Source: Octopus vulgaris
Taxonomy: Eukaryota
Direction of reading: 5' to 3'
DNA length: 64,000 nucleotides
NCBI GenBank assembly: GCA_951406725.2
Contig: OX597823.1
Coordinates: forward strand, 98,456,001-98,520,000
How positions within the stretch are numbered: position 1 is the first letter of the stretch; each line of letters starts with the position of its first letter. A program made the position numbers and the translations under genes. The notes under the pieces are model-generated. The model saw nothing but the letters and a program-made list of their open reading frames with translations. It made no database searches and was not told the DNA's origin. Below are positions 1 to 12,462 of the stretch, piece by piece.

Positions 1-33
1 CAGCATGCTAATGATTCTGCCAGCTCGCCGCCT
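1..33 (-). mobile_element. 5' end of family-A tRNA-derived SINE (cut by window edge)
   Basis: Reverse complement GGCGGCGAGCTGGCAGAATCATTAGCATGCTG matches the 5' end of the copies at 19688 and 14488. Confidence 0.75.
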
Positions 34-1633
34 TACACTTCTGGGACCTTCTATCATGTGAAACTTCTAATTTTTAAAGTGTTTATATTTAAATTTAAAC
101 CTTCAAAACTTCAGTCTAATCAATAATGAAAGAAGTTAATTATTCTACATCCATCCTCCAAATTCTCAATTATTTTGTAAATGAATTAAAATACATCCAT
201 ATCACTCATTTTTATTACCTTTCTGCCATTATCATCCTTATATTATCACCCTATTTTCTTCATCTCATTCTTATTTTTTTCTCATCCTTTTATTTAAACT
301 CACAAAAACATTTGTCTTGAAAGAATAGTAACTACATAGAATTCAGAGGAGTTTTGCGAGGCATACAGTAGTGTCTTTAGTAGCGGTGCCATGATAAAAT
401 TCACCTCTGAAAAGTGATTGGTAATTCAATGGAAACAGTATAACGTACAGTGGACTCTTTAGTTGTGCTGAGGACTTGACAACTTCTCTAGTGTTGGTAC
501 CACAATAAAATGGTTAATATTAAAAATGTTCAGTCATGAAACCATAACAAAAACAGAATATACAAGCTAGACATGTTGCCCTACCCCTCCTAGGAATGCA
601 GTATTTCTGAATAAGAACTGATTTGAACCCTGATCCATCCGGTTCATGCTGACAGGGAAAGTGGAAGTAAAACTATGTTGCAGGTGTCAACAAGAATGAC
701 AGTAAATGCATTTCCTTGAAAAAATGGTCATAGAGGAGTTAAACAAATTCACTGTATATATATCTATATATGATACACTCATAAAAACATACACCAAATA
801 ATTGCATATTTGCAACTTTATGTGTCAGATATAATGTCATGTCTTCAAATAATATGAGTGTAATTCAGATTCCTCGATCTTTATGAATTTATTTGTTAAT
901 AGTTTTAAAAAAGTAATTACTTGCTTTTCCTTGATGTTTGATTTCACAAACATGCAATATAGCAGCATTAAAAAAACAACAACATAAAAAAGGACAATTT
1001 GGTTATTTGGCCATTTGTGTCTTCATGCATTTTGTTAAAGACTGAAATTTTCAGTTTTCAACATCTTTTGATCAACTGAAGTCTCATGTCTATGACAGAC
1101 ATCAATATATTATTTAGATCGAATGTGATAATATTTGGGATAATTTATCTATTGGCAATATTTAAAAGCTAAATTCAAACCATCTCTATAACTTTGTGCA
1201 TAAATGTAGGTGTTCTACATGTGCAAAGACAAGTGCACATGCACAAACACGCAAACAACACACACACACACATACACATTCATTTTTTAATACTTTCTGA
1301 CTATAATTTATGTTAATACTGTGAAAACATTTACAAGTCAGAAGTTGGGGATGAATGACAAAAACATTTATAAACTAGAAACGTTCGAGCAGCTGACTGT
1401 TTCTATTCTACAGTGGCTTCCCTTAGCAAATGTGTATCATGTAAGATGTGTTAGTTAAAAGTTGAACATTAAATGATTTAAATGGAGTTAATTTAATTTC
1501 TAAATACGTTTTCTTGTTAATTTCATATACACAGGAAAATAAGAGTTTTATATGACAAAAATGTGGATAGTTTTTCAAGAACAAAGCCTTCTAATTTCAA
1601 GATATTGAAAAGAAAAATGAAACCAGTTTAAAT

Positions 1634-2153
1634 CAGTGATTCTTAACTTGGATAATAGTGTCCTTTTGAGGTCATTGTGAGTTCAAAGAGGTAGCAAATG
1701 TCCATGAGGTGTTATGTTATTTAGAGGGAGCATGACTGTTTTTAGAGACAAAATATTTAAACTAGGAACAATTTCAAATACATCTTCAAAAAGAATATTT
1801 GTTTGGATTAGAATATGAAGTGAGAATAGTGTTATCAGTGAGCAGCAAACAGGGCTACCGATGTACCAAGGTCCTTCTATACTTCCATTTTTATGTCCTT
1901 AACTTTTTAAGTAATTTCCATAAATACCTAACACAGGTGCACTAACCAATTCAAATATCTAAACAGAGGCATGTGCTGGATGGGGAATTATAGGAAAATA
2001 TGGCCAATAAACCACTCTACAAAATTAGTTTGTTTGATTGAAATAGATAATGTTTATTTCATTTTTATTTTTCTCTGAATCTGCAAAAGTGGTATTTGCA
2101 AAACTCCATTCACTGAAAGGGGGAACTGAGCTGCAAAAAGTTGACAACCATTT
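1634..2153. mobile_element. Degenerate hAT/Charlie-like non-autonomous DNA transposon
   Basis: Ends CAGTGATTCTTAAC ... GTTGACAACCATTT are imperfect TIRs like those at 45263-45498; 8-bp flanks GTTTAAAT/TCATAAAT only partly match. Confidence 0.4.
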
Positions 2154-5100
2154 TCATAAATTATTAACCTATGTGATACGTTAATAATTTACGAATGCTT
2201 TTCCTTACCAGTAACCACAAAGTAAGAGAATGGAAGGGAAATATTTACTGTATGATACTTTTCAAGAAGTTCTCATTAATTTGCTAAATTTTGTATTTTT
2301 CATCCATTAAAGGAATGGCATAATGAAATCATTTCTTTAAAATAAAGTATAGAGAATAGTGGAATGGAATTATTTGTGTTGTTTAAATACATGATCGAAA
2401 TAGTTATTTCAGTTGTAAATTGTTTGATTACAGTGTTATCTATGGTTGGTAGAGTTATGTAAGGTAATTAGGTACTGAATTAATAAATCAATTATTTCTC
2501 TTTAATATTCATTAGAATTTCCCCACTGGCATATTTAGCAGTGTATCAAAGATTTCATTTGATTTTGATTTTTCTGATATTAATAGTAACTTTGTTTTTT
2601 TTTTTATAGCCTAATGGAACCTCTGTGAAAGTCATTAAATGTACTCCTCCTGTTGCAGAGAAATCTTTCCCCAAGCACATGCTTCTACTTTAAAAGATTT
2701 TTTTTTATTTTTGAAATCCTAGTGATTAAGAAAAGCACGACCACAACAGATGAAATAGTTATGACTAAAATGTTAATTAATTGCAGAGTAAGAATTGATC
2801 AAGTTGAATACATGGCAAAATTGTGGTGCCGTAATGGACTATTTAATCTACACGGGCAAGTTGTGTTAACATATTTAAGGCAAAGAGAATTATAAAGATT
2901 TGATATATGGAACATTAAAAAGCTAGAAATAAATGTGTGTTGCAGAAAAAAAACACATTATTAGTTAGTGACTAGGTTCTATTGCTTATTCACAATGTGG
3001 TTCATAGATCAAAATTTTGAGTTTGAATTTTGATGACATCAGCTCAGTCTTATTGTCAGTCAAGTAAATTTCTTTCATACATTGAGAAAAGCGGGTAAAA
3101 TATATGTTGGTGTATTTAACTTAAAAATACTACAATTGATTTGGTTGAATAATTCCATGTAAGAATGCAGTTCTGACTAGTCATTTATTGGGTCTACACT
3201 AGTATTCATGTAGAGAGATACAAAAGAGAAAACTAATAGTTGATTGACAAAGTATCCAAGAGAATTAGTTGAGCCTTTGGCAGTTCATGTACTGTCACCA
3301 GAGCTGAAGGTGTTTCTATGTCTAAGGAAGTTCACTTTTAACAGCTAAAGCCACTTCACCCTAAGTGAGTTCTGTAGATATAATTTATTGCTGTATGCAG
3401 TGGTAATGATGAGTGATCCATTAAATTATAATATTCAGTTTTGGTTCATTAGGCAAGAAAAGCTACCAGTGATAAGACTAGGAGAAAACTTGTGCTTCAA
3501 GTTTCTAGTTTCATGGAAGTTAGAGAAAATTGGCAATTTTGAACAGCACCATGTTCTTTTTTAGTGGTAAAGGGATAATTGGAATGGTTTCTCGCTGCTC
3601 TCTCCAGATCCATTTAGATCCGACTTTCAAGTTGACTATTTACTTGTTAACAATTTACTTGTTATAACAGTGTTATAATATAGAATAGCATGTCTATGAG
3701 GTGTCTATTTGATTTTTGATGGACTGATTGACTAAAAGCTAAATCTCTTGGACATTGACTCTTTTATGCAACAGCTCTGTGCAATTTTTGAATGATTAAA
3801 AATATCTGGAATGTTTAACAAATGTGTGTGGGAACATGTATCCATTTGTGTCTGGTTTTCATTTGTATTCTCAGACCTGTGAAATAATTAGTCGCTTCTT
3901 GTAAAAATAGCAAAAGCCAGATAAAAAAGCAGATGTTCTAAATATTGTTTTTGATCTCAGTTCCACCTACAGCTTTGCTGATCTTTATACTTTTGTGTGT
4001 TCATATTGTATCATTGTATATTTTTGTTTGTCCAGTGTAGAGCAGAGAAACACACACATATGCATATATGTCTGTTCACACATGGCTTGCATCCAAAAAG
4101 CCTATAGGACTAGTGAAGTGACTTAATAGATTTTTTTAAAAGTAATGAATGAGTCTATTAACAATGGAGGTAATATAGCCATTGATTTATGTTGCTCCTT
4201 TTAGACGTCAGAGAAATAGTTAAAACCAATAATAAACAGTCTTGTTAGTGTGCATGAGAGGAAATAGCCAGAATAAAGCCTTGAAAATGAGATATTTTAA
4301 AGAATTTAATTATAATAATGACTAGAGAGTCACAATGGTTGTAAGATTAAGGTGATGTTACTGACACTACTGTCATAAGTTCCTCTCTTATGTCACAAGA
4401 TCCTGAAGGAGGCCCCTAAATTATGCTTGACCTAGTTTGACTGATCCTTCCCACTACTAAAAACAAAGACAAAACAATACACACAGGCTACACTCCTACT
4501 TCATGGTTGAGTTGTCAGTAGGTATTGATTGCTCTGACAAATAAACCATCTCACCCATGCAAGCATGGACAAACAGCTATTAAAATAGTAAAAACGAAAT
4601 AATTCTTATATTGAATCATTGAATAACAAAGAATTTGATTTATTGCTCTTTGGTAAGCAAAACCACTCAAATGACTAATTACTCCCATCTGGGTAGGAAT
4701 AACATGAAATGTAGGTATTTACACATTTTTTATTCTTACTAACTTGCAGAACTTAATTAATTTCTTATTAAACATTGCCTCCATTCATTTAAAAACTCTA
4801 ATTCAAACTATTTAATTTGTATATTATTGTGTGGATTTGGCTTATTTATTGGTGACATGAAGAAATCCAGTTTTAATATCAGTTTTAAGAGCAAAATCCT
4901 TTTGATGTTAAGCTGCATGGAAAGCAGGGAGTAAGTGAATTGAGAGGGATTATAGGGGGCAGCTGATGTATGTAGGAAAGATTGCTATGCTGGTATTGAC
5001 ATGTGATACTGTATGAAAAGATTCAGCGTTCAGTTAGTGGAGGGTGGGTGGTTGGCTGCAGTAGAGGAAGACTAGGGATGAAGTAATGAGGTTAGATCTC

Positions 5101-5650
5101 AGAATATTGATCCTCATGTATAAGATTATAAAACATTGAGATGAGTGGTAATATGCTGTATGGCAGACCCACGCAATACATGCCAACATGGAAAAAGGGA
5201 TATTGATGATGATGGTGGTGGTGGTGATGAATTGTATATTATGTCATAATTTTTGGAGTTTCTATTCCTCTTGTTCAAATAACAAGATATTAGCATGAAT
5301 ATTATCATCAAATTCAAAACTCATATATTATCCATTTTGCTTTTAGAACAGCCATTTTTCTCATTCTTTAACTGGTTAAAGTCATTGAACTACTGAACTG
5401 AGAAAACCATGTCCAAGAGTTGATCATATCAACCTTAATACTTCAACCCCCCCCCCTTTTTTTTTTTAGTCTGGCACCTATCATGTTGAGCTCTGTCAAA
5501 CCACTATGTTATTGGGCAGAAAGTAACACAATACGAACTGTAAATCCACTTTTCAGGTTGCTGTACTCTCTCTCTCTTTATCTCTATCTCCCTCTCTCTC
5601 TCTCACACACACCTTTTATTTTCCAAAATTAAGATAAACAAAGTTCTTTA

Positions 5651-6000
5651 TTAATCTAAAATATACTCTCCTTCATTTTCTACAATGCTCTTCCATCTAA
5701 TCTGATAGACTTGCAAGGCCCCTCTTCCAAAATTCACTTGTCCATGATGAAAAATACTCCTCCTATACTGTTCTGAGTATGTCTACAGAATTCATATTTT
5801 TTCTGTCCAAATGATTTTGAAGACTGTGGAATAAATGATAACCAGATTGGGCAATGTCCAGCAAATATGGTGGGTAGGGCATCGTTTCCTATTCAAATTG
5901 CTCCATCCTTTGGAATGTCATCCTTGCTGTATATGGCTGAGCATTATCCTGATGAAAGAACACCTTTCATCTTGAAACCAAAGATGATCATTTTTCTTCT
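5651..6000 (-). pseudogene. Mariner (DD34D) transposase C-terminal remnant
   Basis: Manual translation gives VFFHQDNAQPYT...PYPPYLLDIAQSGYHLFHSLQNHL...WKSIVENEGEYILD*, a decayed HDNARPH / HPPYSPDLAPSDYHLF signature with stops and a frameshift; truncated where the RTE element begins. Confidence 0.85.
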
Positions 6001-6024
6001 AGTGCTAACTTAAGTCGCTCACAG

Positions 6025-6790
6025 TGGGTTGGATGGTTTGACTGAAAACTGGCAAGCTGCGGAGCTGCACCAGGTTCTAATCCCTGATTTGGCATAGTTT
6101 CTACGGCTGGATGCCCTTCCTAATGCCAACAACTCCGAGAGTGTAGTGGGTACTTTTTACATGCCACTTGCATAGGTGCCATTGATGTGTCGCTGGCGTC
6201 GGCCATGACTATGACCTCACTTGGCTTGACAAGTCTTCTCAAGAATGGCATATTGCCAAAGGTTTTGGTCACCTGTCACTGCGTCTATGAGACCCAATGA
6301 TCAAACAGTACTTTTTATGTGCCACTGGCACAGGTGCTGGTCACACGGCACTGGCATCAGCCATGACTATAATTTCACTTGGGTTGACAGGTCTTCACAA
6401 GCTCAGCATATTGCTCAACGTTTGAAGAGTGCATTTTTACATACCAGTCATGCGACACTGGCATAGGCCACGACTATGACCTCACTTGACTTGACAGGTC
6501 TTATGAAACACAACATATTGCCAAAGGTCTTGGTCACTTGTCATTGCCTCTGCTAGGTCCAACATTTGAAGATCATGCTTCACCACCTCATCCCATGTCT
6601 TCCTGAGTCTACCTCTTTCCCAGGTTCCCTCCACCATTAGAGTGCAACACTTCCTCACACAACTGTCCTTGTCCATACCTGTCATATGGCCATACCAGTA
6701 CAGTCATCTCTCTTGCACACCACAACTGATGCCTCTTATGCCCAACTTTTCTCTCAGGATGCTTACATTGTCGTGCATGCATACTGATAT
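6025..6790 (-). mobile_element. 5'-truncated RTE-clade LINE (end of RT ORF plus 3' UTR)
   Basis: Frame of ORF 6482-6685 reads LYWYGHMTGMDKDSCVRKC...GTWERGRLRKTWDEVVKHDL...DQDLWQ, the typical RTE C-terminus (WxGHxxRM...RGRPxKTW...DL...DRxxWR); followed by the 3' UTR shared with 39700, 47830 and 57490. Confidence 0.85.
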
Positions 6791-6834
6791 TGCACTTTCT
6801 GTGCTTCATTTCTTACAAGCCTGTGATTAAAATA

Positions 6835-7065
6835 TTTATGTGTGTGTGCGTGTGTGTGCATGTCTTTGTGTTTGTCCTCTACTTGATAACTGGTACTGGT
6901 GTGTTTATGTCTCTATAACATAGTGGTTCAGCAAAAGAGAATACTAAAATAAGTACTAAGCTGAGAAAAAGAAAAGTAAGTACTGGGGCCAATTTGTTTA
7001 ACTGAAATCTTGAAGGGGGTGCTCCAGCATGGCCACAGTGAAATGACTGGAAATAGTAAAAGATA
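6835..7065 (+). mobile_element. Family-B SINE, 3' half
   Basis: TGTTTGTCC...GGTTCAGCAAAAGAGA...GCTCCAGCATGGCCACAGT...ATGACTG matches the full copies at 48490-48883 and 54946-55318. Confidence 0.75.
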
Positions 7066-7069
7066 AAAG

Positions 7070-7260
7070 TCATAATGCTATGTCCATTTTCCATGCTGAC
7101 AGAGCTTGGATGGTTTGACAGGATCCATTGGGCTACAGAGCTGCATTTAGCTCCAATGTCAGCTTTGGCAGGGTTTCTCTGGTTGCAGGCCCTTTCTAAT
7201 GCCGACCACTTTACAGCATGTATTGAGTGCTTTTAAAAAATGCCACCAGCATTAATGAGG
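7070..7260 (-). mobile_element. Degenerate RTE-tail repeat
   Basis: TCCATTTTCCATGCTG...TTGGATGGTTTGAC...TTTCTAATGCCGACCACTTTACAG is the reverse complement of the RTE tail. Confidence 0.6.
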
Positions 7261-9549
7261 TTACCTTTTAACTTGCAAGACAGGAAAATAGCTATAAAGA
7301 AGATACGTGGTTACTTCAAAGAACAACAACAGCAGAAAACAAACAAACCACTTTTCATGTAATTTTCTGGAGTCAGGAACGAACACTTTCATGCCAGTAA
7401 GTAGCATTGTGTGTGTGGAATATTTGAAAGGGGAACATGGCTTTATGCTAAAGTATTGAGAGGCTAAAGTATGAGAGAAGAAATAACACAGATGTTTTGC
7501 TATAAAGAAGATACGTGGTTACTTCATATTTCATAAGAGCGGGTGGAAGTAGCTAGGAAGACAAGAGCAAATCCTCAAGGTATATGAAGGCGAGCATAAG
7601 AGAGGATACAAATGGTTGATCAGTGAGGTCAGGGGAATTTAGAGTCATAAGAGTATCTGGGGGTGGATCTTATGAACAAGTGACTAAGTACTTAATTCGT
7701 TTGTAGTGCTTAGCTCAACCCTGTCTCATAGGAAAAGATACTGGTCAGACTGATATGCTGTCTAGAAAGTGAAATACATCTCATTCTTTGTGGATGTAAA
7801 CATTTGTGTTGTGGATGCCAAAGGACCATTACAAGATTATCTTTTAATTAGCGTTTTGGTATTTTATGACCACCTCTTTAGATTCTGGTTGATATTTCTT
7901 TTAAAATGATTTATGTATTTGAGTCTACAGGCAAGTTTTATGTACATTTGTTTTAGGTGGTGAGATGGAATAGGTTGTGATAGAAGTAAATGATCTAAAC
8001 TATATAATGTTAAAGGGAATTTTGAAACTTTTGTATATAATTACAAAGATTTCTTCGGCAGCCATTGGCCAGGTACTCCTTTTTTTTCTTTCTTTACGAA
8101 AGAACCAGTGTAAAAATATTTCTATTGATGATTTTAAAACTATTTTGAAATACATTGCATTAGCTATTGAAACTATTTTATTTGGTTTCTCTGTTTTTTT
8201 ATCCTTCACTATTATCTGTATGAAAAAAGAAATTATAATGATTGTTAAGAATACATTTTATAATTTTTAGGTCCCATAGCAAATTAAAATATAATTTAGA
8301 ATGGAAAGATTGATGAACAGCTCCGTTTGCCCTCTTCTTGTTCCATTTAATCTAAATTTTGGATCAATACCAGTTGAATATTTTAACAACTGTTAAATGA
8401 ATCAATGGTTGGATGATATTTCAAATGAACAAATTAACAACAAATTGTTCATTGGAAGTTTTGAAATTGTTTTGTCTTACTTTTTACAATTATGATCAAA
8501 TTTATAATGAATTTTTTAAAATACTTTGTTCTGTTCTTAAAGGAAAAGAAATATTGAACTGTAAATAAGAAAAAATATTAAATTATCTTTTGTATAGAAA
8601 TTATGAGCAACTTACCTCATTGGTTGCTAAAAACAACTTAACAAATATTAAAAATAAGACAAAATTATGAGCAGAAATATTTAAATGAAATATTTTTCAA
8701 TTAGAATAAACAGCAGATTCAATGAATTTTATCATTTCCTTTCTTTGCATATTAAAATCCTTATAAAATCTGTAATTACCTACTGAAATCTAAATTGACA
8801 TACTGTGTTTTGTGTTTGTATTGTATGTGTACATTTGCCTGCATGCATATTACGTGAAAATAACTTCAAAGAACAACAACAGCAGAAAACAAACAAACCA
8901 CTTTTCATGTAATTTTCTGGAGTCAGGAACGAACACTTCCATGCCAGTATGGAACTGTGAAAGAGGCCTTACAATTCTTCAATCTCAAACAATCGTTAGT
9001 TCTTCTATAGTGCTGCTGCTGCTGCTGCTATCTATGTTTTCCCCTTTTCCTTTTCAGGCTTGTAATATCTAAGTATATTTTTCTGATGATAGGATTTGAT
9101 TGTAGATCAAATAAAAATATTGGTTTTTGGTTTTAAACAAATATTCAGATAATCTACTGTAGGTCACCTTCAGCTAAGATTATGGTTTTTCTATTCTATC
9201 TCTGAAGCATGTGAAGTTGTAACCTCTCTCTTTCTCTTGCTTTCTTTTTCTTCTCACTCTTCTCAAAGAGAGAGAGAGAGAGAGTATAAATGATCTACGT
9301 GAAATTGTTAAGTGATGTCAAAGTTAACTATGTAATTAGTCCCTGTTTCAACAATTAAGTGTTTAGGAAGGAGTATAATGGAGAACAAAGCTAGCATAAT
9401 GTCGACCTAACATTTCTGACAATGAGTCATAGAGGAATTATTGACTCACATCTCTGCTGTATTTTTTTATTATATTCTTCAGTATTTTGTGACAATATCT
9501 CAATTGCAAACTAGTTTACAAAGGAGATGACATTATTTCCTCATTTGCA

Positions 9550-9790
9550 TTTTATCATCGTCATTGTTGTTATCATTCTCATTGTTTTAACATCTACTCT
9601 TCCATGCTTGCATGGGTCAGATGGAATTCTGTCAGGCAGATTTTCCCAGACCAGATTTCTTTCTATCACCAATCCTTTGCTGTTTCTAAGCAGAGTAACA
9701 TTTCCCCATAGCCGGACATGTTCTCATGGAGATGTGGTAATGGAGGACACTGCTTGTATGATGGCATCACGAGATGTCATGATAAGGAGA
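9550..9790 (-). mobile_element. Degenerate RTE-tail repeat followed by (CA)n
   Basis: (CAT)n-like tail plus TTCCATGCTTGCATGGGTCAGATGG; (CA)n at about 9830-9857. Confidence 0.55.
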
Positions 9791-9826
9791 GAGAGACACA
9801 CACGCAAGCACGCATGCACGCACGCA

Positions 9827-9858
<32 letters not shown>

Positions 9859-9869
9859 GCATTTGACTG

Positions 9870-10005
9870 ATACTTTATTTTATTGACCCCAAAAGGATAA
9901 AAGGCAAAGTTGACCTCAGCAGGATTTCAACTCAAAAAGTAAAGAGCAGAAACAAATAGTACAAGGCATTTTGTTCGACGTGTTAACAATTCTACCAGCT
10001 TTTGC
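9870..10005 (-). mobile_element. Family-A SINE
   Basis: TTGACCCCAAAAGGATAAAAGGCAAAGTTGACCTC...TTTCAACTCA is the reverse complement of the family-A core. Confidence 0.75.
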
Positions 10006-10076
10006 CACTGTAAGTTAGAGAAGCAATTAGAAGTAAAGCTACAGTGTCAGTGTGTTGGTTGGAGAGTAATAAGTTT

Positions 10077-10441
10077 CTTGTTAAGGTTGTCTCTACGGAT
10101 ATTCTATAGAAATTATCCAGCACTGATTTTTGTTATGATGTTTCGTATCCAAGATGTTAGTTGTAAACAAACAATGAGATTGAAGATAAAAAAGGGTACT
10201 GGGCATATATGCCATATTTCACAGGGTTTTTCCCCTTCATCAGCACCCATCCAACCCTTTAATCGTCCTTGAACACATTGCTTAAATAGCCACAGTATTC
10301 AGCCGTGTAACGTTATTGGAATGCATTTAATATGTAAAAGCTGGTGCAATAGAATGCAGTGTTGACTTATAAAAATGTTAAATATACCTTATAGTAGATT
10401 ATGGTTGCATAATGAAATACTGCATACCTGCAGGTCTTTAG
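10077..10441. repeat. Unclassified dispersed repeat, rearranged relative to the copy at 57020-57383
   Basis: Four blocks match 57020-57383, some direct and some inverted (see findings). Confidence 0.8.
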
Positions 10442-10485
10442 TAATAAGTTTGTAGTCCTTTTCACTGTCTTGAGTTACACTTTAA

Positions 10486-10698
10486 CTCTTTAGCATTTAA
10501 ACTGTCCATATCTGGCCCAAATATTCTATTTCTTCAAACCAACCAAATCTGGCCTCTTACACCTTCTCTACAATGTTATTCGAAAAATAACCAATCACAT
10601 CATTGAAATATTGAAGCTATGAGTTGATGCATAATTAATTCAAACCAGTGTGAGTAAATAAACATAGCATTTGACAGAGTAATCTAAATGCTATAGGG
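10486..10698. mobile_element. piggyBac-type MITE, family 2
   Basis: TTAA at 10482-10485 and 10699-10702; TIRs CTCTTTAGCATTTA / TAAATGCTATAGGG; second copy at 24180. Confidence 0.8.
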
Positions 10699-10797
10699 TT
10701 AAGCTCTAATCCATCCTAGGAACGAATGACTTAGTGGCAGAGTATTGGAGTAAGTGGAAATTGATGAGCTTGTAGTACTGAAATTGAATCTTGCATA

Positions 10798-11267
10798 ATT
10801 ACATGGAAAAAAGCGAGCATGAAAAGTCATATTCTTAAGATTATAAACATGGAAAAGTACAGGACAAGTTATTACACCTGTAAAAATATAGGAAAAAACT
10901 ATTACTTCTAGTAAAGTAAAGAATAAGAAACTTTTTACTTAAAATATTGCAGCGAAGAATGCCATTTCTTCTGATTTATCACTCTTTACAGTTCTCATCT
11001 TTTAAATTTATTGTACAAAACTGTTCAGCTAATTTGTAAGTTTGTCTAATTAATCACTTTTTTCTGTATTTAAGGTAGTAAATTAGCCAAATTCTACTTA
11101 AAATAAGTATAGTGTTATTTGTAAGATATAATAAAATAAGTTTTAATATTCAAATTTTAATTTTAGCTTGTCCAGTACTTTTACAGGTATTAATAACTTG
11201 TCCTGTACTTTTCCATGTTTATAATCTTAAGAATATGACTTTTCATGCTAGCATTTTTCCATGTAAT
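10798..11267. repeat. Long inverted repeat / foldback element
   Basis: 10798-10885 is nearly the exact reverse complement of 11179-11267 (ATTACATGGAAAAA...GTACAGGACAAGTTATTA), with an AT-rich spacer of about 290 bp. Confidence 0.85.
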
Positions 11268-12277
11268 CCATGATTTTTCCAGGCATTGCTGTTATAAGAT
11301 AATTAATAATGTGTCAGTTAATAATTTAAGATTTTACCTTATAAAATACTGAAAGATAATATTTCAATTTTTCCATGTAAGTGATGATAAGATTCCAATT
11401 TTTTCGTGTTTAATTTAAATATATGTGATTGAATTATTTGATATTACCCATCCGCACCAAATTAATGGCAGGGATTTTTACCACGTTGTTGGTTTGCACC
11501 ATGGCTCATCAAAAGTTACAAACAACAAGACCACAAAACCATCAGTTACCAGGCTCAACTTAAGTACCCTAATTTTGCAATATTAGGCGGTTACAGGAAT
11601 TCATTCAACGAAAAAAAAATTCCAATGATTCTGGGATTGGAGGCGGGGAAGAATCCCCTCTCCTCCCACCTCATTTTTTCCAAATCAGGGTTTGGAAAGT
11701 AAAAGGTTTTGCAGCATATTAGGAGGGTAGGATACTTGATTCCATGCAAAAAATTAAATTTTTTTCTTAGTGAAAATCGTGTGGGTGTTAATTTAGAAAT
11801 TGTTCATAATAGCCTCAAATCAACCCTGATACTGCAAACCTATCATCAAAGACATTCCAGCCTTCAGCAAACCGTCTTTTAGGGATAATCTAGGACATTA
11901 CATACAATGAGCATGTGATTTAGGTAGGGGGATACTTTAGCTGCTATTTTTAGCGTGTTGAGCGACCAGGTAGAGGCTCTTTCATTGGTTCGATTGCGTG
12001 ATAAGATTTTTTTACACATATATGTAATATGTATATATATCATCGGCAGAAGTTAGAGAGTAAGTCAAAAGCTGAGAGTTTCGTGTATTGGCACTTATCA
12101 AACACGAATTTGTCCATTGTCACTCTGTAACTTCTGATGAAATAACTTCTAAAATACAAAATTTTGTCAAAAACGTTAAGAGTAAACCTTGTTCTATGTA
12201 ACACATTCTACCAGTATCAGAAGTTTGAAAGTGTTTAGTGAAAAAAGATTAAATAATCTGTACATCTAATTGAATAG

Positions 12278-12462
12278 ATCCAAAATGGATGAAATGCAAA
12301 GTCGACCTTGGCAGAATTTGAACTCAGAACGTAAAGACAGACGAAATACAGCTTCTAACAAAGTCGACTTCAGCAAAATTTGAACTCAAAAACATAAGGA
12401 CAGATGAAATACAGCTTAGCATTTCATCCAGCATGCTAACATTTCTGCCAGCTCACTGCCTT
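12278..12462 (-). mobile_element. Family-A SINE with internal tandem duplication
   Basis: AAAGTCGAC...AATTTGAACTCA...GAAATACAGCTT occurs twice (about 12298 and 12360), then the SINE 5' end TTCTGCCAGCTCACTGCC. Confidence 0.8.
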
